A stretch of DNA of 32,000 nt from Flagellimonas sp. 389 (GTDB taxonomy: Bacteria; Bacteroidota; Bacteroidia; Flavobacteriales; Flavobacteriaceae). The DNA is taken from contig NZ_JAHCMU010000001.1 of NCBI RefSeq assembly GCF_018449435.1, forward strand, positions 247,299 through 279,298, in the 5' to 3' direction. The position numbers were made by a program, and so were the translations under genes. The notes beneath the pieces were generated by a model that was not told the origin of the DNA, made no database searches, and worked only from the letters and a program-made list of their open reading frames with translations. Of this stretch, positions 1 through 8,892 are shown in pieces. Positions within the stretch are counted from its first letter, which is position 1. Every line of letters begins with the position of its first letter.

Positions 1-2154
1 GACCGGATTGCAAAGCTCATCCCGAATATGTCCAAACTGAACAAAATCTTTGGGGTAGCGGAATCCGACCTAAAGAAAAAGTTCCGTTCAGACGATTTGG
101 AAAAAGTAAATGAACTTCTGAATATTTCTGAAGGGGACGATTTGGAAGGGCAAACCGTAAAAATGGCTCGTGTGCTAGAGGGATCTCTGCGCAATACGGG
201 AATCCATGCCTGTGGCGTAATCATTACACCTGATGATATTACCAATTTTGTACCCGTAGCTACAGCCAAAGACTCAGATTTATATGTAACTCAGTTTGAC
301 AACTCAGTTGTGGAGAGCGCAGGCCTCTTGAAAATGGATTTCTTGGGACTAAAAACGCTGACGCTCATAAAGGACACCGTAAAAATTGTAAAAGCACGAA
401 CCGGAACAGAATTGGTTCCTGATGACTTTCCATTAGATGACGAAAAAACGTACGAGCTGTTCCAACGAGGAGATACCGTAGGGATTTTCCAGTATGAATC
501 TCCTGGGATGCAAAAGCACATGAAAAACCTGAAGCCTACGGTTTTTGATGATCTTATTGCCATGAATGCCCTATACCGTCCTGGGCCAATGGAATACATT
601 CCTAGTTTTATTGCCCGTAAACACGGGGATGAGGAAATCACCTATGATCTTCCGGACATGGAGGAATACCTAAAGGAAACTTACGGGATAACGGTATACC
701 AAGAACAGGTAATGCTACTTTCCCAAAAGTTAGCGGGTTTCTCTAAAGGTGATGCAGATGTTTTACGAAAAGCAATGGGGAAAAAGATTTTTGCATTGCT
801 ACAAAAATTAAAGCCCCAATTTTTGGATGGCGGGGAAAAGAACGGGCACCCAAGGGACGTTCTTGAAAAAATATGGAAAGACTGGGAAGCCTTTGCCTCC
901 TATGCTTTCAACAAAAGCCATTCCACGTGCTACGCATTTATTGCGTATCAAACCGCTTATTTAAAAGCCCACTACCCTGCCGAGTATATGGCGGCGGTAT
1001 TGTCCAACAACATGAACGATATAAAACAGGTTACTTTCTTTATGGAAGAGTGCAAACGTATGGGATTAGAGGTATTGGGACCAGATGTAAACGAATCTTA
1101 TTACAAGTTTGCCGTAAACCAAGACAATGCTGTTCGTTTTGGTATGGGCGCCATAAAAGGTGTTGGTCGTTCCGCAGTGGAAACCATTGTGGAAAATAGA
1201 AAAGAAGATGGTCCATACAAATCGGTCTTTGATCTGGCCAAGCGTGTAGAATTACGTTCAGCCAATAAAAAATCTTTTGAAAACCTAGCTCTTGCCGGGG
1301 GGTTCGATTCTTTCGGAGATACACATCGCGCACAATACTTTCATACCGAAGGCGACAACATTACGTTCTTGGAAAAGGTAATCAAATCAGCGGCAAAATA
1401 TCAAGAGAACAAAAACTCCAGCCAAATGGACATGTTTGGGGGCATCAGTGAAGCACAAATACCTGAACCCGATGTACCGCCCTGCGAAGAATGGGGAACC
1501 ATGGAAAAGCTTCGGCGAGAGAAAGAAGTCGTTGGTATTTATATTTCCGGACATCCTTTAGATGATTTCAAAAAAGAGATTGGTGCATTTTGCAATAGTA
1601 GCGTATCGGCCTTTACCAATTTGGAGCATTATGTGAACCGAGAATTAACGGTTGCCGGAGTGATTACAGATATACAGCATCGAATTTCAAAGAATGGAAA
1701 GGGATGGGGTCTTTTTACGCTAGAAGACTACACGGATACGCATGAGTTCCGAATTTTTGGGGAAGAGTACCTCAAATTCAGACATTTTCTCATGATCAAT
1801 TCTTTTGTTCACATGAAAGCTTTTGTACGCGAGGGATGGATAAATCGGGAAACTGGCAAAAAAGGTGACCCAAGGCTACAGTTCAATGACTTTAAACAAT
1901 TACAGGACGTAATGGATGCCTATGCCAAGAAATTGACCATTAAACTCAATATCGATGCGCTTCAGGAAAAGCGAATACAAGTTTTGAAAGATACGCTCAT
2001 TTCGCATAAGGGAGACCATCAGTTAAACTTTGTGGTATATGAAATGCAGGATGAGATAAAACTAAACCTATCCAGCAGAAAGCAAAAGGTCAATATTTCA
2101 AGTGAGCTACTAAACACACTTGAAGAGCAAGAGATCCATTATAAGTTGAATTGA
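1..2154 (+). CDS. dnaE: DNA polymerase III alpha subunit, C-terminal part (5'-partial, runs off the window start)
   Basis: Frame 1 is open from base 1 (DRIAKLIPN precedes the first Met at 28). Pol III alpha blocks are present: GLLKMDFLGLKTLT, ALYRPGPM, AFNKSHSTCYAFIAYQTAYLKAHYP. The C-terminal region is OB-fold-like (GKGWGLFTLEDYTD). Stop codon at 2152-2154. Confidence 0.95.
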   Translation, partial: DRIAKLIPNMSKLNKIFGVAESDLKKKFRSDDLEKVNELLNISEGDDLEGQTVKMARVLEGSLRNTGIHACGVIITPDDITNFVPVATAKDSDLYVTQFDNSVVESAGLLKMDFLGLKTLTLIKDTVKIVKARTGTELVPDDFPLDDEKTYELFQRGDTVGIFQYESPGMQKHMKNLKPTVFDDLIAMNALYRPGPMEYIPSFIARKHGDEEITYDLPDMEEYLKETYGITVYQEQVMLLSQKLAGFSKGDADVLRKAMGKKIFALLQKLKPQFLDGGEKNGHPRDVLEKIWKDWEAFASYAFNKSHSTCYAFIAYQTAYLKAHYPAEYMAAVLSNNMNDIKQVTFFMEECKRMGLEVLGPDVNESYYKFAVNQDNAVRFGMGAIKGVGRSAVETIVENRKEDGPYKSVFDLAKRVELRSANKKSFENLALAGGFDSFGDTHRAQYFHTEGDNITFLEKVIKSAAKYQENKNSSQMDMFGGISEAQIPEPDVPPCEEWGTMEKLRREKEVVGIYISGHPLDDFKKEIGAFCNSSVSAFTNLEHYVNRELTVAGVITDIQHRISKNGKGWGLFTLEDYTDTHEFRIFGEEYLKFRHFLMINSFVHMKAFVREGWINRETGKKGDPRLQFNDFKQLQDVMDAYAKKLTIKLNIDALQEKRIQVLKDTLISHKGDHQLNFVVYEMQDEIKLNLSSRKQKVNISSELLNTLEEQEIHYKLN

Positions 2155-2155
2155 C

Positions 2156-2674
2156 ATGGATACGTCTTTAGTTTATGATTTAATTTTTAACTGGCTTCGA
2201 TTCGAAGACAAAACAATTAAAGGACCAAACTCTAACAAGGGAATCTTTTTTATGCCTGAACTCCATTTTGTATTTGAAGTGGGTAAACTATTGAAAATAT
2301 TTGAGTTAGAAGTATTTGGAAAGCCCGTAGAGTGGCTTCGGGAACAGAGTTTTGATAATAGCGGCCCCATAGATTTACTTTTTCGGGATGAAGAAACAGA
2401 AGAATACATCATTTTTGAATTTAAGATAGCCACCACTTGGCACGCTTATTTTAAGGATATTGAAAAATTAAAGACTTTGAAGGATTTGAATATGTCTAAA
2501 ATAAAATCAAAATATTTTATTGCCTTAACAGATGTATTTTCGTCACAATTACAAAATGACCCACGAGTTCAAAAATTGAAAAAAAAAGGTATTGAAATAC
2601 ATGAATCATTAAAATCTTTTGAAATTGATAAAAAAATATCTGCCTTATTATTCTTATGTAAAGTGGTCCAATAA
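2156..2674 (+). CDS. hypothetical protein (172 aa) with a possible PD-(D/E)xK-like motif
   Basis: The ATG lies 1 nt after the dnaE stop and the ORF is uninterrupted. The stretch GPIDLLFRDEETEEYIIFEFKI resembles a PD...ExK nuclease core. No family was recognised. The gene is visibly more AT-rich than dnaE and trxA. Confidence 0.55.
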   Translation: MDTSLVYDLIFNWLRFEDKTIKGPNSNKGIFFMPELHFVFEVGKLLKIFELEVFGKPVEWLREQSFDNSGPIDLLFRDEETEEYIIFEFKIATTWHAYFKDIEKLKTLKDLNMSKIKSKYFIALTDVFSSQLQNDPRVQKLKKKGIEIHESLKSFEIDKKISALLFLCKVVQ

Positions 2675-2768
2675 GTTTTACCAATAGATCAATAATTAAT
2701 TCGTATATGGTATCCGTAAGGAAAGTGATTGATATTTGACTAAATTTGCAAACAATAAAACAAATAAA

Positions 2769-3086
2769 ATGGCACTAGAAATAACAGATGCAACTTTTGA
2801 TGAAGTAGTACTTAAAAGCGACAAACCTGTCGTTGTAGATTTTTGGGCGGCTTGGTGCGGTCCTTGTAGAATGGTAGGTCCCATTATTGATGAAGTGAGT
2901 ACTGAATATGAAGGAAAGGCGGTTGTTGGAAAAGTGGACGTAGATGCCAACCAACAATTTGCAGCTAAGTATGGTGTGCGTAACATTCCTACAGTACTTG
3001 TCTTTAAAGATGGTGAAATCGTAAACCGTCAAGTTGGTGTATCTCCAAAAAAAGTATACACAGATGCAATAGAGGCTGTATTATAA
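2769..3086 (+). CDS. trxA: thioredoxin
   Basis: The WCGPC active site is present (FWAAWCGPCRM), the length is the typical 105 aa, and the protein starts MALEITDATFDE at ATG 2769. The 11 extra N-terminal residues in the ORF track are not thioredoxin-like. Confidence 0.95.
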   Translation: MALEITDATFDEVVLKSDKPVVVDFWAAWCGPCRMVGPIIDEVSTEYEGKAVVGKVDVDANQQFAAKYGVRNIPTVLVFKDGEIVNRQVGVSPKKVYTDAIEAVL

Positions 3087-3110
3087 ATTTTAGCTTTATA
3101 AACGAGTTTT

Positions 3111-3142
3111 AAAAAAGGTTTGGCATATGCCAAACCTTTTTT
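3111..3142 (+). terminator. rho-independent terminator after trxA (perfect 32-nt palindrome)
   Basis: AAAAAAGGTTTGGCATATGCCAAACCTTTTTT forms a GC-containing stem flanked by an A-run and a T-run, 25 nt after the trxA stop. Confidence 0.75.
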
Positions 3143-3161
3143 GTTTTATATTGAACCCAGA

Positions 3162-4091
3162 ATGGATATAAGGTCTGAACTTCATAAATCCCAGCTTTTT
3201 CAAAATCTAGAACTTTTGGCAAACCAGATTGTCGAAGGTTTTATAAGTGGTATCCATAAAAGTCCGTTCCATGGATTCTCCGCCGAATTTGCAGAACATA
3301 GGATTTACAATCCAGGTGAAAGCACAAAACATATAGATTGGAAACTTTTTGCCAAAACGGATAGGCTCTATACTAAAAGGTATGAGGACGAGACGAACCT
3401 GAGATGCCATATGATTTTGGATAATTCCGCATCGATGTATTATCCTGAAATAGAGCGACTGTCCATTGAAAAACTCAATAAAATAGGTTTTGGAGTTTTG
3501 TCCATAGCCGCACTTATGCAAGTGCTCAAGAAACAGCGTGACGCAGTTGGGCTAAGCATTTATTCCAACACTTATAGCTTCTATGCCTCTGAAAAAAGTA
3601 GTGAGCGCCATTTTCAGATGTTGTATTCCAAACTGAACGAGGTTTCAAAAGACAAGAGTGTTTCCCAAACAACAAAAACATATACCTATTTACATCAAAT
3701 TGCAGAAAAAATACACCGTCGTAGTTTAATTCTTTTGTTCTCGGATATGTTCCAGACAGAAACCGAGGAAGCGCAATTATTTGAAGCACTTCGCCATTTA
3801 AAATACAATAAGCACGCTGTAGTCCTTTTTCATTTATTGGACTATACACATGAACTTCAGTTTGATTTTGAAAATACGCCCAAACGTTTTGTTGATGTAG
3901 AAACTGGTTCCCATATCAATTTATATGCGAATAACATTAAGAACGCTTATAGCGAAAAGGTAAAAAAGTACCAAGAAAATCTTAAATTAAAGTGCGCACA
4001 ATACGATATAAAGTACGTTGGCGTGGATATTGGCTCCAATTTTTCACAAGTCTTGAACGCCTTTATGATTGAACGGCAAACGTTTATATAG
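3162..4091 (+). CDS. DUF58 domain protein (vWA-like fold family)
   Basis: The DUF58 signature block is present: HGFSAEFAEHRIYNPGESTKHIDWKLFAKTDRLYTKRYEDETNL, followed by ILDNSASM. ATG 3162 is preferred because the TTG at 3120 in the ORF track lies inside the trxA terminator hairpin. Confidence 0.85.
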   Translation: MDIRSELHKSQLFQNLELLANQIVEGFISGIHKSPFHGFSAEFAEHRIYNPGESTKHIDWKLFAKTDRLYTKRYEDETNLRCHMILDNSASMYYPEIERLSIEKLNKIGFGVLSIAALMQVLKKQRDAVGLSIYSNTYSFYASEKSSERHFQMLYSKLNEVSKDKSVSQTTKTYTYLHQIAEKIHRRSLILLFSDMFQTETEEAQLFEALRHLKYNKHAVVLFHLLDYTHELQFDFENTPKRFVDVETGSHINLYANNIKNAYSEKVKKYQENLKLKCAQYDIKYVGVDIGSNFSQVLNAFMIERQTFI

Positions 4092-4226
4092 CCTTATATT
4101 TTATTTTTTAAATTTCTTTTGTTGAATCAATTTGGAGAATGTATATTTGCACTCGCTTTGCAAAAAGCAATTGTAACAAGATTTGAATCTGACTGTTGTC
4201 AGAGTCTTGAAAGGGATAAAATCATT

Positions 4227-4300
4227 GGTCTGGTAGTTCAGTTGGTTAGAATACCTGCCTGTCACGCAGGGGGTCGCGGGTTCGAGTCCCGTCCAGACCG
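4227..4300 (+). tRNA. tRNA-Asp (anticodon GTC), no encoded CCA
   Basis: A manual cloverleaf folds as follows: acceptor GGTCTGG/CCAGACC, D-arm GTTC..GAAT, anticodon stem CCTGC/GCAGG with loop CTGTCAC, T-arm GCGGG-TTCGAGT-CCCGT, discriminator G. Confidence 0.93.
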
Positions 4301-4303
4301 CTT
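4280..4303. repeat. attL core: 24-bp direct repeat GTTCGAGTCCCGTCCAGACCGCTT (3' 21 nt of tRNA-Asp plus 3 nt)
   Basis: An identical 24-mer recurs at 22061-22084. A tyrosine integrase gene follows each copy. Confidence 0.85.
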
Positions 4304-4324
4304 GGAATATTTCCAAATTTATGC

Positions 4325-4359
4325 AAAAGCCTGTAAATGAAATGTTTACAGGCTTTTTT
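4325..4359 (+). terminator. rho-independent terminator downstream of tRNA-Asp
   Basis: Stem AGCCTGTAAA / TTTACAGGCT with loop TGAAATG, followed by TTTTTT. Confidence 0.7.
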
Positions 4360-4398
4360 CATTTCCATTGGCACCAAAAAACATCAAAAAACACCATA

Positions 4399-4420
4399 TA
4401 AAAGGTGAGCAATTCGGTGC
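4399..4420 (+). repeat. 22-bp repeat TAAAAGGTGAGCAATTCGGTGC, left copy (candidate integrase arm-type site)
   Basis: An exact second copy lies at 21985-22006 near the other island end. A degenerate version (AAAAGGTCACAAATCGTCAAC, 22182-22202) sits at the same ~97-98 bp distance from the second att core. Confidence 0.5.
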
Positions 4421-4553
4421 GCATTTCATCATCAAAAAAATGCTCACCGCCATCGCTGTAATTGACTGTTTTATAATTTATTGCAAGGATTTGTTAACAT
4501 TTATTTAAGACCCCTTTTTGTACCTTCAAAGTGTTAAATCAAAACCTTTTGCC

Positions 4554-5789
4554 ATGTTCACCACAATCAATGTCATTTTTTACCCCAAAAAAAGAAAATC
4601 AAGCAACAATAAATTAGTGCCTATTTATGCCCGTATTACATTGGACAGTAAACGTGCAGAGTTCAGTACAGGCAAACAAGTCGACCCCTTAAAGTGGGAT
4701 GCCAATACCGGTAGATTACGAGGGAAAACTCCAGAAACACTGGTATTGAACCGATTCTTCGATGCCTTGAAAGCCAAGTGTGTTTCCATCTATGACGAGT
4801 TGGTTCGCAATGAAGAATACGTGGATGCCGATGCCGTGAAGAACATCTTTTTGGGCAAGGGCCAAAAACAATATATGATCTTGGAAATATTCCAAAATCA
4901 CAATGATGAAATGGAAAGTTTGGTTGGCAAGGAATATTCCGCAGGAACACTCCAACGATATAAAGCCGCTAAATCACATATCTCCGATTACATAGTACAC
5001 AAGTACCAAAAAAAGGATTTCCCTCTTAAAAAGCTCGATTATGAGTTTATAACGGGCTTTGATTACTTTTTAAAGAGCAAAAAAAACTGCTCTCACAATA
5101 CAGCGACCAAATATATCGTCAATTTCAAGAAAATTGTTCGTATCGCATATGCCAATCAATGGATTGATCGAGACCCTTTCTTCCATTGGTCTGCAAGTTG
5201 GAAACAAAAAGAGCGGGAGTTTCTAACACACGAGGAACTGGAATCGATGCTAAAGCAAGAATTTGAATTTGAAAGATTGGACACAGTACGGGATATGTTT
5301 TTATTCTGCTGTTATACCGGACTGGCTTTTGCCGATATTGAAAAATTGACAAAGGATGATCTGGTCAAGGACATCAAAGGAAACAAATGGATCAAGACCA
5401 AAAGGAAAAAGACCAAGGTTTTGAGCAGTATTCCATTGTTGAGCATTCCAGAGGCCATAATCGATAAGTACAAAGATCATCCCAGAGTGATTGAAAAAAA
5501 GACATTGCTACCTGTATACACCAATCAGCGAACCAATTCCTATCTAAAGGAAATTGCCACAGCATGTAAAATCAAAAAGACATTGACCACACATTTGGCC
5601 AGACACACATTTGCGACGACCGTGACCCTTTCCAATGGGGTGCCGATTGAATCCGTGAGCAAAATGCTGGGGCATACCTCTTTGAAGACGACCCAGATCT
5701 ATGCCAAGGTATTGGACAGCAAAATTTCGGACGACATGGAAAAATTGAAAAATGACCCAGCCCTATTGGAGTTCGCCAAGTCCATTTGA
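4554..5789 (+). CDS. tyrosine-type site-specific integrase (Bacteroidota family), island 1
   Basis: The C-terminal catalytic block is HLARHTFATTVTLSNGVPIESVSKMLGHTSLKTTQIYAKV (HxxR ... H ... Y). The gene sits 250 bp downstream of the tRNA. ATG 4554 (MFTTINVIFYPKK) is preferred over the TTG at 4518. Confidence 0.93.
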   Translation: MFTTINVIFYPKKRKSSNNKLVPIYARITLDSKRAEFSTGKQVDPLKWDANTGRLRGKTPETLVLNRFFDALKAKCVSIYDELVRNEEYVDADAVKNIFLGKGQKQYMILEIFQNHNDEMESLVGKEYSAGTLQRYKAAKSHISDYIVHKYQKKDFPLKKLDYEFITGFDYFLKSKKNCSHNTATKYIVNFKKIVRIAYANQWIDRDPFFHWSASWKQKEREFLTHEELESMLKQEFEFERLDTVRDMFLFCCYTGLAFADIEKLTKDDLVKDIKGNKWIKTKRKKTKVLSSIPLLSIPEAIIDKYKDHPRVIEKKTLLPVYTNQRTNSYLKEIATACKIKKTLTTHLARHTFATTVTLSNGVPIESVSKMLGHTSLKTTQIYAKVLDSKISDDMEKLKNDPALLEFAKSI

Positions 5790-6136
5790 AACTTTTTTAT
5801 TCGCTTGCCCACAAGTTGTTCTGATTTGGGACACTTCAATTTAATTTGATACAGTTTGGAAAAATCAAAAAGTAGAAATTTAGAACTTTCCTTGTTTAAT
5901 AATTGTTTTATCTAGTTTATATATGTTTTATATAAGGTACCAGTGCTTGTCCACAGCTTGTCTCGATTTTGGTACAGTTTCGGTACAAAGCTTGTCCCAA
6001 TTCTAAACTAGTTGACTTCATTTGTTTTGATGTGATTTGGTTGTCTTCGCCGTTCTCCCCAAGTTATCTACAAACAAATATTCTTACTACCTAACTCCTC
6101 AATAAAGACTACAAAATGAGTTTTTACCTGTTTTGG

Positions 6137-6205
6137 GCTATAAAATTGTAATTTATAGCTCAATTTTTAGTTATTTTTGAGCTATAAAAGTTAAGTATAT
6201 AGCTC
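6137..6205 (+). promoter_or_regulatory. candidate fic promoter/operator: two tandem palindromic units plus a TAnnTTTG-type -7 box
   Basis: IR1 is GCTATAAA-n7-TTTATAGC (6137-6159). IR2 is GAGCTATA-n11-TATAGCTC (6179-6205) and abuts the fic ATG. TATTTTTG at 6172-6179 fits the Bacteroidota -7 consensus, and a TTG lies in the IR1 spacer (6146-6148). Confidence 0.35.
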
Positions 6206-7315
6206 ATGACAGCATTTAAATGGAACTGGCAGCAAAAGGGTTGGCCCAATTTTACCTATGATGAGGCAGCTTTGAAGGACTTGGAATATCAGTTTGTGCA
6301 AACAAGTGGTGTTGCTCTTGGTTCCATAAAACATATTGATGCAGATGACAAGAATGAGCTTTTGATTGAGGTTTTGTCGGATGAGGCCCTTACTACCTCG
6401 GCCATAGAAGGGGAATATCTTGATCGCGGGAGCATACAGGAATCCATAAAAAAGAATCTAGGCCTTGAAACCGAAAGAAAAAAACTTCCACAAGCTGAAT
6501 ATGGTATATCTGAAATGATGGTCAACCTCTACCGAACATATGCAGAACCTTTGTCCCATGAGCACCTTTTTGAATGGCACCGAATGCTTACCTCCGGTAG
6601 AAGGGATCTATTGGGTATTGGAAAATATCGTTCCCATGATGACCCTATGCAAGTTGTTTCAGGGCGTTTGGATAAACCAACCGTCCATTATGAAGCTCCT
6701 CCCTCAGCACAAATGACAAAGGAAATGGAAACTTTTGTTTCTTGGTTCAATGAAATTCATAGTGAAAATAATTCCAAGATGCTTCCATTGGCCAAGTCCG
6801 GGATAGCACATTATTATTTTTTAGCTATTCATCCCTTTGAAGATGGCAATGGACGTATAGCCAGAGGACTTTCTGAAAAATCAGTGTCCATGGATTTGGG
6901 GAGATCAGCACTTATTTCATTGTCACAAACTATTGAGTCCAATAAAAAGGGTTACTATTCTGCTTTGGAAGCCCATAATTTCAAATTAGATCTCACCGAA
7001 TGGCTTGTGTACTTTGGAGAAACCATAATTGCCGCTCAACAACATACGGTAAGAACTATTGATTTTTTGATTCAAAAAGCAAGATTTTTTGACCGTTTCT
7101 CACCATTAATGAATGACCGTCAACTTAAAGTGGTACAACGTATGTTCAAAGCTGGATATACAGGTTTTAATGGTGGACTCAGCGCGGATAACTATATTAG
7201 TATTGCCCGTACTTCTGCATCAACAGCCACCCGTGACCTAAAGGATTTGGCAGACAAATCCATACTTATTAAAACAGGAGAACTCAAAGGCACCCGGTAT
7301 TCACTAAACTTATGA
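6206..7315 (+). CDS. Fic family protein (AMPylase-type fold) with an internal inhibitory motif and a C-terminal wHTH-like tail
   Basis: The Fic motif HPFEDGNGRIARGL is present. An N-terminal (S/T)xxxE(G/N) motif is present (TSAIEG). The N-terminus WNWQQKGWPNFTYD is typical of the Fic N-terminal extension. The C-terminus ARTSASTATRDLKDLADKSILIKTGELKGTRYSL is wHTH-like. Confidence 0.92.
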   Translation: MTAFKWNWQQKGWPNFTYDEAALKDLEYQFVQTSGVALGSIKHIDADDKNELLIEVLSDEALTTSAIEGEYLDRGSIQESIKKNLGLETERKKLPQAEYGISEMMVNLYRTYAEPLSHEHLFEWHRMLTSGRRDLLGIGKYRSHDDPMQVVSGRLDKPTVHYEAPPSAQMTKEMETFVSWFNEIHSENNSKMLPLAKSGIAHYYFLAIHPFEDGNGRIARGLSEKSVSMDLGRSALISLSQTIESNKKGYYSALEAHNFKLDLTEWLVYFGETIIAAQQHTVRTIDFLIQKARFFDRFSPLMNDRQLKVVQRMFKAGYTGFNGGLSADNYISIARTSASTATRDLKDLADKSILIKTGELKGTRYSLNL

Positions 7316-7824
7316 ATTAGGTAAGAAAGAGTCCATAAAAATATTTAAGTGGAATTGGTAGTCATGTCAAATCTTCACGATTTCCCCCTAAACCTAATGT
7401 TCTTCACGGCAAACGCAATCCTTTAAGATTAAATAGCTGATTTTAAATATTTTACACGATAAATTCAGGTCAGTTAACCGAATTCTGAACCGTTTTCAAA
7501 TCGGTACATACAGAGACAAAACTTATGGATGTTTTACACCACTAATTTAGTCAAAATATTTCAGCCATATAAAATGGGCTTCCCCAAATTATAAAATAAC
7601 TGAGTAACTGTAAAACTAAATGAACAAGGAATTCACTGCTATAGAAAAACTTGCTTCCTTCCCTTTGGCTAATCGTAACAAGATTATTTTAACTTTGTGT
7701 AAGTCTATTCTTTAAATTTAAGGTATATCTCATTACTGCAAGTCAATGACCACATACCAAATTTGTTATTGAATAATGATTAGGATTTAAGTATATTGGC
7801 AACAAAGCTTATTATATAATACAT

Positions 7825-8892
7825 ATGACCAAATTACCAAAACTAAAAGCAGTTGATTTTTTTTGTTCAGGAGGAGGCATGAGTTTTGGGATGCAAGAAG
7901 CTGGCATCAAAATTCTTGCTGGAATTGATTTTGATATTAGTTGTAAAGAGACATATGAATCTAACATAACAGGAGCTGATTTTATCCATGCTGATGTTTT
8001 TGATTTAAGTGAAGACTATTTAACACAAAGACTCTCCCTAAAAAAAAATGACGATGAGCTTGTTTTAATTGGTTGTAGTCCATGCCAATTTTGGAGTATT
8101 ATCCAAACCGATAAATCCAAATCTTCAAAATCCAAAAACTTACTCAAAGAATTTAGACGTTTTGTAGAACATCTCAATCCTGGTTATGTCGTGGTTGAAA
8201 ATGTACCTGGGGTTTTAAGAAAAAAAAGGGCAAGTGGTTTGTCTGGATTTGTAAGGTTGCTTAAAGCAAATGGATATAAAGTCCACTTTGATGTTCACGA
8301 AGTAAGTGAGTACGGTGTTCCACAGCATCGTAGAAGATTTACTCTTATTGCAAATAGAGTTACCCCAATAGAAGTTGCACCTATTCCATTAAGTGGCAAT
8401 AAAGTAACGGTTAGAGATGTTTTAGGAGAACATAATGGATTTCCTAAAGTACCCCAAGGGCATAAAGATGACACACCTTTCTTACATCGCGTTGCTGGAT
8501 TAGAAAAAATAAACTTAGAAAGACTTGCTATGACCCCTAAAGATGGAGGTACTAGATTAGCATATGTTGATAATGAGGAATTGGCACCAAAATGCCATAA
8601 AGGCAAAAAAGATAGTTTTAAAGATATATATGGAAGAATGTGGTGGGATCGTCCCGCTCCTACCATTACAACTAAATTTTTTAGTTTGTCCAACGGACGA
8701 TTTGGTCATCCCGAGGAAGATAGGGCAATTTCTTTGAGAGAAGGTGCAATCCTTCAATCCTTCCCAATAGATTATGTTTTTAAAACCAACAGCATTGCCA
8801 ATACTGCCAGAATGATTGGTAACGCTGTTCCGCCGAAGTATGCAACTGCTATAGGTAAAGCGATAATTGAAAATCATTACAATGCAGTTTAG
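7825..8892 (+). CDS. DNA (cytosine-5)-methyltransferase
   Basis: C5-MTase motifs occur in the canonical order: I DFFCSGGGMSFG, IV GCSPCQFWS, VI ENVPGV, VIII QHRRRFTLIA, X GNAVPP. Target specificity cannot be read from the sequence. Confidence 0.95.
   Translation: MTKLPKLKAVDFFCSGGGMSFGMQEAGIKILAGIDFDISCKETYESNITGADFIHADVFDLSEDYLTQRLSLKKNDDELVLIGCSPCQFWSIIQTDKSKSSKSKNLLKEFRRFVEHLNPGYVVVENVPGVLRKKRASGLSGFVRLLKANGYKVHFDVHEVSEYGVPQHRRRFTLIANRVTPIEVAPIPLSGNKVTVRDVLGEHNGFPKVPQGHKDDTPFLHRVAGLEKINLERLAMTPKDGGTRLAYVDNEELAPKCHKGKKDSFKDIYGRMWWDRPAPTITTKFFSLSNGRFGHPEEDRAISLREGAILQSFPIDYVFKTNSIANTARMIGNAVPPKYATAIGKAIIENHYNAV

Noticed and set aside
291-1333. ORFs 291-641 (-), 873-1199 (+) and 1040-1333 (-) inside dnaE
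   Set aside because: These are shadow ORFs within a confidently identified Pol III alpha coding region.
3120-3161. TTG start for the DUF58 gene. Similar upstream alternative starts occur at 4518 (integrase), 8867 (ATPase), 18442 (mobA) and 19769.
   Set aside because: The 3120 TTG lies within the trxA terminator palindrome. In each case a downstream ATG gives an N-terminus that fits the family or avoids an implausible leader peptide.
4101-4340. ORF-track entries 4101-4316 (-) and 4119-4340 (+)
   Set aside because: Both overlap the tRNA-Asp gene and its terminator. Their translations are low-complexity or unnatural. The tRNA cloverleaf explains the region.
6206-7315. Reading Fic as the toxin of a two-gene toxin-antitoxin pair
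   Set aside because: The inhibitory (S/T)xxxE(G/N) motif is inside the Fic protein itself (TSAIEG). No small neighbouring ORF carries it.
7620-7712. 30-aa ORF (MNKEFTAIEKLASFPLANRNKIILTLCKSIL) in the leader upstream of the methyltransferase
   Set aside because: It is too short and featureless to support. It could be a controller-type or leader peptide, but it has no HTH and no supporting signal.
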